DNA of 64,000 bases from the NCBI GenBank assembly GCA_973851085.1, contig OZ316776.1:9424001-9488000 (forward strand), in the 5' to 3' direction. This DNA is from Ptychomitrium polyphyllum. Taxonomy: Eukaryota. Positions 1 to 11,200 of this stretch are shown here, in pieces. Position 1 is the stretch's first letter. Every line of letters begins with the position of its first letter. The notes beneath the pieces were generated by a model. The model searched no databases. It was not told where the DNA came from and saw only the letters and a list, made by a program, of their open reading frames with translations. Made by a program: the position numbers and the translations under genes.

Positions 1-900
1 AATGTGGTTCCAATTGTCAAAATCAGTCTCATACTTTTGTAGTTATATAGCAAGTTTCTTGCTTATAAATGAACTACAATAGCCAAAAGCCACTGAATTT
101 GCACTAAAATTATGTATGGTATACTCAATTTAATTTGATTAGGATTAAATCTATACTGACCATTATAATTCCAAAATTGTTGTTTTGTCCCATTGTAATG
201 AATATTGTGGTTAATGAATGTATATTGGTATCTATTTACAGCAAATGTGGATGGACTTTATATAAGTATTGTAGCAAAAACATGACAAACTTAGCAATTT
301 ATGGAATTGTGTTGTTTATAATAAGTTTCTAAAAATTCCAATATTACTTTTACAAATACATCCAAAAGATTCTAAAATTCATAATAGTTTTTAATAACAA
401 GTTGTATTCCAAAGTTTCCAAAAGGCCAAGCCATATTATAAGCATATATAATATAATCTTTTTTACTATAAAATAATAATTTCCATTTATTAAATTCAAC
501 ATTGCAACTTCTTTTTTACTGTGTTTAAATTATTATCATTAGTTTTTTTAGCAAATAATAAATATTGTTGTAATAATTGTTTTTCTTACTAAGAACCAAT
601 AGAATGACTGTAAGTCATCTTATAGACAATAAGTTGATTGAAAAGAGAGTCCAACATTTGAGGTTCAGTAACAATATGTTGATTATTTAATTCTTAGTGC
701 CAAATCTTTGAATATTTATTTTTGTTGACAATGTTTAGAATGTACAATACAATCATATTCCATTAATAATGTTACTTCTAAAATTTAACCAAATACAAAT
801 TTAAACCATAAGTTGTAAAAAAAGGTTGGATATTAAATTGCTCATTTCACCTTCCAATTACATTAGGAAACAATGGCCAATTAACTAAATTTCTCACCCA
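1..900 (-). mobile_element. AT-rich decayed repetitive element carrying a degenerate minus-strand reading frame; truncated by the window start
   Basis: Minus-strand frame from ~465 to 1 reads YSKKDYIIYAYNMAWPFGNFGIQLVIKNYYEF*NLLDVFVKVILEFLETYYKQHNSINC*VCH...NIHYNGTKQQFWNYNGQYRFNPNQIKLSIPYIILVQIQWLLAIVVHL*ARNLLYNYKKY. It has only 4 stops in ~155 codons despite very low GC. Bases ~40-210 have a gap-free diverged copy at ~31645-31815. Family not recognised. Confidence 0.55.
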
Positions 901-926
901 TATGAAAATCATACAAACATTAAAAA

Positions 927-2717
927 CATAAAAAGAACATAAAAAGAACATAAAAAGAACATAAAAAGAACATAAAAAGCACATAAAAAGAACATAAAAA
1001 GAACATAAAAAGCACATAAAAAGAACATAAAAAGAACATAAAAAGAACATATAAAAAGAACATAAAAAGAACATATAAAAAGAACATAAAAAGAACATAT
1101 AAAAAGAACATAAAAAGAACATAAAAAGAACATATAAAAAGAACATAAAAAGAATATAAAAAGAACATAAAAAGAACATATAAAAAGAACATAAAAAGAA
1201 CATAAAAAGAACATATAAAAAGAACATATAAAAAGAACATAAAAAGAACATATAAAAAGAACATATAAAAAGAACATAAAAAGAACATATAAAAAGAACA
1301 TAAAAAGAACATATAAAAAGAACATTAAAAGAACATAAAAAGAACATATAAAAAGAACATAAAAAGAACATAAAAAGAACATATAAAAAGAACATAAAAA
1401 GAACATATAAAAAGAACATAAAAAGAACATATAAAAAGAACATAAAAAGAACATATAAAAAGAACATATAAAAAGAACATATAAAAAGAACATAAAAAGA
1501 ACATATAGAAAGAACATAAAAAGAACATATAAAAAGAACATATAAAAAGAACATAAAAAGAACATATAAAAAGAACATATAAAAAGAACATAAAAAGAAC
1601 ATATAAAAAGAACATATAAAAAGAACATTAAAAGAACATAAAAAGAACATATAAAAAGAATATAAAAAGAACATAAAAAGAACATATAAAAAGAACATAT
1701 AAAAAGAACATAAAAAGAACATAAAAAGAACATAAAAAGAACATATAAAAAGAACATAAAAAGAACATATAAAAAGAACATAAAAAGAACATATAGAAAG
1801 AACATAAAAAGAACATATAAAAAGAACATATAAAAAGAACATAAAAAGAACATAAAAAGAACATATAAAAAGAACATAAAAAGAACATAAAAAGAACATA
1901 TAAAAAGAACATATAAAAAGAACATAGAAAGAACATATAAAAAGAACATTAAAAGAACATATAAAAAGAACATTAAAAGAACATAAAAAGAACATATAAA
2001 AAGAACATATAAAAAGAACATAAAAAGAACATAAAAAGAACATATAAAAAGAACATAAAAAGAATATAAAAAGAACATAAAAAGAACATATAAAAAGAAC
2101 ATAAAAAGAACATAAAAAGAACATATAAAAAGAACATATAAAAAGAACATAAAAAGAACATATAAAAAGAACATATAAAAAGAACATAAAAAGAACATAT
2201 AAAAAGAACATTAAAAGAACATATAAAAAGAACATAAAAAGAACATAAAAAGAACATATAAAAAGAACATAAAAAGAACATAAAAAGAACATATAAAAAG
2301 AACATAAAAAGAACATAAAAAGAACATAAAAAGAACATAAAAAGAACATATAAAAAGAACATATAAAAAGAACATAAAAAGAACATATAAAAAGAACATA
2401 AAAAGAACATAAAAAGAACATAAAAAGAACATATAAAAAGAACATAAAAAGAACATATAAAAAGAACATAAAAAGAACATAAAAGGAACATATAAAAAGA
2501 ACATAAAAAGAACATAAAAAGAACATAAAAAGAACATAAAAAGAACATATAAAAAGAAAATTAAAAGAACATATAAAAAGAACATAAAAAGAACATAAAA
2601 AGAACATATAAAAAGAAAATTAAAAGAACATATAAAAAGAACATAAAAAGAACATATAAAAAGAACATAAAAAGAACATAAAAAGAACATATAAAAAGAA
2701 CATAAAAAGAACATAAA
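927..2717. repeat. Tandem minisatellite of interspersed 11-bp (CATAAAAAGAA) and 13-bp (CATATAAAAAGAA) units, roughly 150 units
   Basis: Read directly. Rare variant units recur: AAAAGCAC twice, AGAATATA three times, ACATTAAAA several times, ATAGAAAG, GAAAATTAAAA twice. Confidence 0.98.
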
Positions 2718-2834
2718 GACATACCGCTCCCTTCCACGGTGAGTAGTATGGTGTTTTTTACCTTGTGACAAAAACCATACAGCGCCCAGAGGCCACATTG
2801 TAAAAGGGCAACAAACGACAACATGATGATCCCC

Positions 2835-2890
2835 CGCTCCCACGCTCCCACGCTCCCACGCTCCCACGCTCCCTCGCTCCCACGCTCCCA
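2835..2890. repeat. (CGCTCCCA)7 tandem repeat; minus strand (TGGGAGCG)n fits the G-quadruplex motif
   Basis: Seven 8-bp units, one with a CGCTCCCT variant. The minus strand has seven GGG tracts with 5-nt loops. Confidence 0.9.
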
Positions 2891-3161
2891 CACCACAACA
2901 TGGTGATCATGGCACTACGCTCCATTGCCACCCCTCGCACCACTGCCACCCCACATGCCACCCCACATGACTCCATGCAGCATACATAACTCCCACCCCA
3001 TTGGCCGGCGGGCCCATCCTTCCGACTGCACCCCCCAACTCAATTCCCCACCCCCCACGTGGACAACCCCGTCAACGACTCCGGGGCCCCACCCCTGCCA
3101 CTCATCACGTGCTTGCACTCGCCGCGCGGATTCCCACTCCCGCCCCATTGCCGCGCCAACG

Positions 3162-3236
3162 AACGGCGCCGAAAAGCGGCGCCGCAAAACAGCCCCATAG
3201 TGAACGGACCGAAAAACGGAACGAAAAGCGCAACGG
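3162..3236 (+). promoter_or_regulatory. Cluster of four AACGG (MSA/MYB3R core) motifs in the probable MAP3K-epsilon promoter
   Basis: AACGG at 3162, 3203, 3215 and 3232, all in one orientation, just upstream of the probable 5' UTR (GA-rich, telo-box-like motifs, GTGAGT donor near 3771). Confidence 0.4.
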
Positions 3237-5291
3237 AAGTAGGACGTATGAAACCGGAACGAAACGAGAAGGGCAACAAAATGGGACGAAACCACGACGA
3301 ACGAAGCCCAGGTTTCGGCCGGGGGAGAGGCCGCGCTCGTCTTCGTCTTCGGCAGTGTGGTTGCAGTGTTTGCCCAGTTTTGCCATCGACATGTGCTTGC
3401 AGCGATTCCTGCAAGCGTTGCTTCTGCACCCGGATTGCGAGTCCATTGCCGTCTCCGTCGGCTGGGTGCTTCGTGGCTGCGCTTCATGCCGCTAGGGTTT
3501 CGCTCGGCCGGTTTTTGGGATGCAAGCTTCAGAGCCATCGCGTCTTTGCTCCTCTTTGGATGCAGGCATGTGGGTTGCATTCCAGATTATGAGAGTGATG
3601 GCGGACATGCTGGAGAGCTAGGGTTTTGAGGCCTTGATGTGGTGTGGATGTGCAGGAGAGATTTTGCAGACGGGAGGATGATGTTGATGATGGGGAGCGA
3701 GCGAGAGAGAGAGTGAGAGAGAGTGGAAGAGGTTTTGGGTTGTGTTTGTGGGGGTGAGGAAGGGGAAGTGGTGAGTGAGAGAGTGAGGGAGTGGCTTTGT
3801 GGCGTTAGGGTTAGTGTTTCTGATCATGATGGGGTTCTGCGATGTGAATGTTGGTTTTTTTTGTGTTCAAATGTTTTTTTGGCGGGGTGAGTGGCGACTG
3901 GGAGTCGTGTTTTACCCTCTTGTGGTGTTGATCAGTAGGAGTGGATTGAAGGAATGGGAGGTGTGATCTCATTGGTGATGGTGCAGCATTGGGAGAAGGG
4001 AGCGGTGTTTTGTTGCTGAAGCGGCATTGTAGTTTTATAGCGGAATTCGGAGGGGATCGTGCGCTTCGTAGGTGGCAGGGCGGCTGTTTGATCCAGAAGA
4101 TTGCATGAGGGTGCACTAGGTTGAGTAGTTTATATTTTTGAAGGTCCGAAAGTGCAGAATTGGACCCGTTTTGTGCTCACACGGCGGGAGATGTGGGCAT
4201 TTGACAAGGCGAGAAGCGCTGGAGCGCTGGAGGGTTACTGCGAGTGGGAACTGGGAAGAGGTTACCTGAAACTCTGTCACTCGTTCGTCTGCGTGGGTCC
4301 GTAGCCTTTGAGAGGGTTACGATCGTACAACATTCACGGTTACTTCATCAATGTGGGGTGTCGTACGCAGATGTCGGAAATTTCCAAATTATTAATGGGG
4401 AAGGAAGAACAGCACAGGGCGCAGGTAGTGGGGGTTTAATCAGGTCCACGTGAATACGTTTTTCGTTTCAGTATTGAGGAGGCTTGTAGAGTGGCGCGCC
4501 AGTGTAGAATTCTGGGGGTTGAGGAACCGGGAGCTTTTGATTGCGGGGGTGCCTACCGTTGCATCTGGGGTTACAGGGTTAGGGTTGAAGCTTTCTTGTG
4601 CAGTGCCTGCTTGATAGCAGCTGTGATCCATGTGAGCTTGATTCCCACAGCATTAGAGTTTTCGCATGCGTATCTGGAACTGGACAGTCGGTGGAGGTTA
4701 TCATTGCAAGGACCCGTTGACCCTGAGGAGTAAAGCCTGTGTATTTCCAGTGGTGTCCTCCTGGCAGACTTTGCTGTATAATCAACGTGATAAACCTTAT
4801 CCTGAGATGTCATGTTGCGGAGTCGCCGTTCCTGTCATTCTTCTTGTCAAGAAATCATGAGGATGCGAAACAGAGGAAATTTTGTCTATTTACTCCGTCT
4901 CATCTGAAGGGCAGCTAGGGTGGCGGGCGAGAAGAGAGCCAGAGAAATGGTTTGAGCTTTTGAGAAGTGAGGATCTTCTAACTGTTTGGAATCTGGAAGG
5001 AGAATCAGATTTTCGGGACACAATCGGTTGTTTTACTGGTAACTGCGATCTCGCATTGACCATTCGCTCCAACCTTCTGTGTGCAATGATCTAGAGTCAA
5101 CTGGGTCGCAAGCATCACAGTTGGAAGTATTTGAAGAGAATCTACGATCTGGCTGTGACCGCAGCATGACTGTGTTAACAGACGATGATAGAGATATGGG
5201 GTCGTGGTTGGGATTTTCAGCTGGACGTCAACACTCACTGAGGTGACAATGAGGGAAGTCGTCGGTGGGGAAAGTTCAAGTGGTTGATGCA

Positions 5292-8200
5292 ATGTCGCGC
5301 AATTCGGGTTCGGTGTTCCACAAGTCGAAAACTCTGAATGATAAATATGTATGGATTTCTTGTCCACACTAAAGGATTGCGCAGTGATGGACTATTCTCG
5401 GTGTTTAGTTGCTTTGCGAAAACCAAGCAGGAGAGAATGTTTATAGAACAAAAGTGAATTTAAGTCCTGTAATATCTACACTAGCTTTGAGGCCTTGTGG
5501 GTGTCAATCAAAACTATACAAAATCTATTTGGTATTTCTTAGGGAGATCAAATTAGTTCCACTTTGGATTTGGAAATGATTAGCAGGATAGACCTAGTGC
5601 TTCATTTTAAAGCCATTGATGTGAACCACAAGGCCTTTCTAATTCTATGTGTCACGATCTCTCTCGTCTCTTAGTGTATGACCTTGACCTGCTGTTTCTA
5701 TCAGATGCTTGGTGACGAAATCGGAAAAGGTGCATATGGGCGAGTGTACAAGGGGTTGGACTTGGAGAATGGCGATTTTGTGGCTATTAAGCAGGTTTCA
5801 TTGGAGAACATTCCACCGGAGGATCTTGCTAGCATCATGGTGAGTACCTTTCTGGACTACGATACGTTTCGGTTTTTCAGCATGGTCATCCGCAATTTTG
5901 GTTCTCATTCCTAGGCCATGTGTTCTTTAGTCTCTGTTGTGCCAAATGAAGTTCCTAGTTCTTTTAGAGAAACTCTATATGGATGTTGAGTTGAATGTTA
6001 TTTTCCATAGCCTAAAGATTTCCCTAGTGACAAATGAATAAACAATCTTCCTTAATTCCTCAGGCTTTGTCTTAAATGTATTTTAAGCATGCCAACTAAA
6101 ATGGTTTACTCGAACCGTTAAGCAATTTCTGAGACTATTCATTGCTGCAGTTAGTTTCACGTAGTTGAACTAGATTATTTGTTCGGTTGTACTCCCACAA
6201 AATGATTGGCAGCGTTGATTAGCGTACAAGTAAAGATTAGTTGTCAGGTGCATTACTTTTATTTTTTTAGTTTTTTGGTGTTTTTGATTTTAAAACTTAT
6301 GTTCTGATTGGGTTCGTTTGGTGATATGTTGATTGAAAACCCAGTCGGAGATCGACCTTTTGAAGGTACTGTCGAGAACTCAACTTGTGTGTTTTAGCTG
6401 TTTCAACTTTTGAAAGATTTATCTTGGTTTTCTTTCAACCTATCTCAACCCCTTAGGTTAGTGGTTTCTAGAACACGTTCAATCTGTGCATACACTGCAA
6501 TTCAATTCAGGGATGCTAAAACGTAAATTTCTTAAGTCAAATGTTTTGTGAATGTGTGGACATTTGTAAGCTCAAGAATTATAGATATAATTGGGAAATT
6601 TGATAGGTGCTTTTAGAGTGTTTGTGACAGTTTACTCATCACATTAATATGGCTGTATTGCAGAATCTCAACCATAAGAACATTGTGAAGTATCAAGGCT
6701 CGTTCAAGACCAAAACACACCTTTATATCATTCTTGAGTGAGTGACATTATTTATTTGTTCTACGTTCTGATGATGACATTATGGTTGGTGCATCATATT
6801 GGGCATTTTGAGACCATTCTTTGTGTCATTTTCCTTAGCTTTGCTCAGGTTTTGACACACTTTCTATCAGATTGTAATGATGGAAAGAAATTGGAGAGGC
6901 TGTGTCCTTTAGCTTTGTATGTTCATCAGGTTCTTCTTGGTCGTTAGTTATCCTGGTACGTCCTATTGGCTGCCTCTGGAAAGGTTTCTGTACTTTTAGA
7001 GTTAGTGGAGGTTGACGTTGTGTGTTATGCGTAATTGTGATTCAGGTTTGTGGAGAATGGATCCTTGGCGAACAACATTAAGCCCAACAAGTTTGGGGCC
7101 CTCCCCGAAAATGTGGTGGGACGTTACATTGCTCAGGTTTTGCTCTCTCAATGGATGTGATTATTTGTTCTACTTGGACTTAGCAGATGAATCATTTTGT
7201 GTCTGAATGTTGGGATAAACAATGTTCCTTTTCTTGGACATGTTTGTCTCTTAGTTGAAATCATACCTTCTCAGCAGCGTCAAAACTGGTTTTGAATACA
7301 TGAGATTGCTTCCGTCAGTTCCAAATCAGTAGAGTACTAGTAAAAACCTTGGACAATTGGTATGGTAGTGAGCATGAAATTGCAATTTAACCGTTGTTAT
7401 TACACGTGAGTATTACTTGCAGGTGTTGGAAGGTCTTGTTTACTTGCATGAGCAGGGAGTCATCCACCGTGATATCAAGGGTGCCAACATACTGACCACT
7501 AAGGAGGTAAGATGCTCGTTCTCTGGGCTGAGCTGCTCTAAATTTTCCTTCTTAAGATTGTCAAGCCGAGACAATGGTCTTGCAGTCGTCCTCATAAATC
7601 TAAACTTTGAAAGTTCTCGAGTTTTCCAACCTCTATACCTAATGTATGAGTGATTATTTTCAAAACAGGGGGAGGTGAAACTCGCAGATTTTGGGGTTGC
7701 CACCAAATTAACTGAGGCTGACATCAACACTCATTCTGTTGTTGGTACCCCTTATTGGATGGCTCCTGAGGTAAATGTTTTTACTGAACGACATCAATTC
7801 TCTTTCGAGCATTGGTACTTCGTATTAGTTAGGCTATGATGACCTCAGTAGTTGTGCGAACACATTGTGAAAGGTACAAGTATAATTTCTAAAGAAGTCA
7901 GTTCATTTAACAGGTGATTGAGATGTCGGGAGTTAGTGCTGCATCAGACATCTGGAGTGTGGGATGCACAGTAATTGAACTGCTGACGTGTGTTCCACCA
8001 TACTTTGACTTACAGCCCATGCCAGCTCTCTTCCGTATTGTGCAGGTACTTTTGAAATTTTGGTTTTTGTTCCCTGTTATGGTTGGCGTCTTAGAAGCAT
8101 TCTGAAAGCATTTTTGTTATCTTTCGGGGTGGAAAGTAAGTTTTGAAGCAAAATAGGATGATGAGGTCCTTTGATGTAATGTAATCTTTTAATCTTTCGA

Positions 8201-11200
8201 TAAAGAAATGCTCCTTATCTGTGTTGTTTCAAATAAGTGGTTCCTTGTTCTGAAAGTACGTCTCTATTTGCCGATTGTGGCTTTACACACTTTATGAGCC
8301 TTGGGTTATGCACCTACCTTTGTCTAGTCGGACAAACTCAACGCATCTCTTCGTTTTAGATGAAGAAAATGTCTTTGTGGAAAGTGAGAAATTGGTTCTT
8401 ACGTTGCCAGTATTTTGGCAGGACGATCATCCACCTTTACCAGAGCATATTTCGGAAGTAATTACAGATTTTCTTCGCCAATGTTTTCAAAAGGTGTGGC
8501 TGCAGTCTTCTTGAAATTTGTTTTCTGTCATGCTCACAATGTATGACAATTGAAGATAGAGGCTGCAACTTTCCATATTACTTGCGTATTGAGACGCCTG
8601 GAAAATGCTCTGTACTGCCATTTTTATGGAAATGGAATATGTTATGTCAGGATGCAAAACGACGACCAGATGCACAGACATTGTTGGACCATGCTTGGAT
8701 TCGGAAATCTAGGCGGGAGAAAACTAATGGACGGAATGGAATTACCAGGTATATTTATCCTCCAAGTTTTACTTTCATTTGGTGTACAACTGTTATACTC
8801 TTGACCTAGATGCATGACACAAAATGAGGAACCTGTTATTACGCCAAGGTCGATGATCAAGCTGCTTTATAATAAGGTTCCCTGCACTTAACTTCGGGTG
8901 GTATTGCATGCAGTACTGTACCTCGAGAGATTTCAACCGTAGAGGACACCACCAGTGCAGAGAGTAGACTGCAAAGTGCAGGACCAGTCTCAGAAGAACG
9001 ACACATTATCAAGGATCCTTTTGAGTCCGGCTCAGTAAGTCTCCAAGTTTCTATGTGTTCAAGCCAACCCACACATGTGTGTCGTGCATGATTAACCTTA
9101 TTTGGTTTGACTGCTTTTGATAGTGTGTACACATGATATTCTCTGTAATCTTGATATTCTTGGTGATTTTGATTTATCTTTATAAGTCAAAGAGTGGCCG
9201 AGAGTGGATTTTCACTGCTGTCATTTGGTTGGGTGTCGGAGGAATACTGACTGGTATATTGCTATTTTTAGGAGGACGGAAACGGCCATTCTCCAACGAC
9301 TAGCTACGAGGCAAGCAGTATCCAAAGCAACAGCATTGGTCCACGTGCCCCTCTTCGCACATCAAGCCATGGAATTGCTCATTTCCCTCGACTACCAGGT
9401 TGTCATGATCAGGACTTGCTTGAAGCAAACACGCCCAGCGCTACTAAAAGATTACCTCCTACAGTAACCACTCCACTAACTAGACCCCCTGTAGGTGTAC
9501 GAGTTTCAGAGTCCCCAGAGTCGATTGTGTATAATGCAAGTCTTCAAAGAACGTCTTCTGAAGGAAATCAGCCGAGTGGCTCTGAGGAGCATACACAATT
9601 TCCACGAATTGGGATGCGGAGTACGTCAGGGAAGTTCACTCATCAGCTTCCAGGTCGCGAGGATGGAGAAGTAAATGGCTCTATGTTGGGATCCGAACTT
9701 CGTACTTGGAAAAAGGACAATCATGAAATCAGACCAGAAGCAAATGGAAATCATGTTTCCACACAGGTCTTGTTATCTTATCTTTACTCCATTTTTTTTG
9801 ATGTAGATTTCCTTGTGCTAAATTCTTCATTAAGGCTTGTATACGAGATTGGGTGATGTCTCTTGATATACCCATGACGTTTTTACTTGTACCAGTTCTG
9901 GAATTGTGTAAGCATTTAATTGAGCTATTACGAAGAGAGAGCATTAGACTTATATATCCACTTTATGCTCTCTCCTCGACAGTGATATTGGATATCTGCC
10001 GACTGAAAGTATCTAAATATATGCAGGCAGGAAAGTTCTCTTCTGTCCATCCCAGCAAATTTACTGATTCGATTGGGAACGGGTCATTAGACGATAATAC
10101 AAATGATCTATTTTTTGGAGCACATGAAGCAGCTACCTCAGTTCCAGCCGCCACTTATCGTGGCTTGCCCCCTCGTGGAGGTGTTTCATCGGAGACTAAT
10201 GTTACGGCTGCAAAGATGAAAGCGAAGACAGCTCAAAAACGAGCAAAAACTGAGAGTTTGTTAACTGCCAGACCAAATGGATATGAAAGTTCTGTCGAGG
10301 ATGATGATACTGTCAAAGCTGGCCCAGTAAGACATATTATTGAGATGTGGTAGTCAGAACGTTTTTTATGTAAACATGTTTCTATACTTTGGGGGATATG
10401 ACTAGCAATATATTGTTGCTCCTACATCATAGCGTAGCAGAATCTTGGAGTCCTCTGACCTTGCTCGTCACCATGGGTATGTTTCAGTTGAATTAGGATT
10501 GGAAAGTTGAAGATTGAATGCTATATTGGTCTAGAAGTTGAACTCTGACACACACCGAAGGATCTTACATAAGTTGGATTTGTTGAAAATGTACTGCATG
10601 TAAAAGCTCATTGTGATGAGAGGATTTCTCATCTAGCTGCTGTTCTTATATGCAGGGCATGGTGATCAGAGCAGAGGGTAAAGAGTACTTGGCTAAGCAG
10701 GTAAACTTGGTAGATCTATTAAATACTATGCTAGCTAGTTAGTATTTTTGAGAACTCTGAGAATTTGTGTGAAGCTTTCTTCAGAACACGTCTTATTTAT
10801 ACGTTGCATGTTTTATTGACAACATCTTACTTCGATGTATAGGTTTACTGAATATCCCTGTGCTCTTAGACATTGCCAGAAGTGAGCATAATTGTTGGAA
10901 CTAACTCTTCCGGTTATATCTAATGTACAGGCTTTAGAAGTAAGTCGGCTGTTGGCAATGCTAAAACCAGATGAGACAGAGGAAGTAATTCTTTCTGCAT
11001 GTCAGAAACTATCGAGCATTTTCCAAGAGTTTCCAAAACAGAAGAAGGATCTTATGCGGCCCCATGGCATTATTCCCCTCATAGACATGCTTGACGTGAA
11101 AAACAATAGGGTACAACACTTACGTTTCCTCACTCTTGTGAATGCTATCTCAACATCTTAGTAAGTGTTTTTCAAAGACTTTTTTCTTTATGTTAATTTA

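Noticed and set aside
927..2717. Array as CRISPR or telomere
   Set aside because: There are no unique spacers or cas genes and the context is eukaryotic. The unit is unrelated to TTTAGGG, which occurs elsewhere in the window as telo-boxes, and unique sequence flanks both sides.
847..2896. Long hydrophobic minus-strand ORFs (up to 586 aa of MFFLCSFYVLF repeats)
   Set aside because: These arise because the array's T-rich strand lacks stop codons. All three frames give the same peptide, and the 11/13 units shift frame freely, so there is no sign of coding selection.
2915..3629. Overlapping ORFs on both strands in the GC-rich block
   Set aside because: Expected in high-GC promoter or 5' UTR sequence; no recognisable domains.
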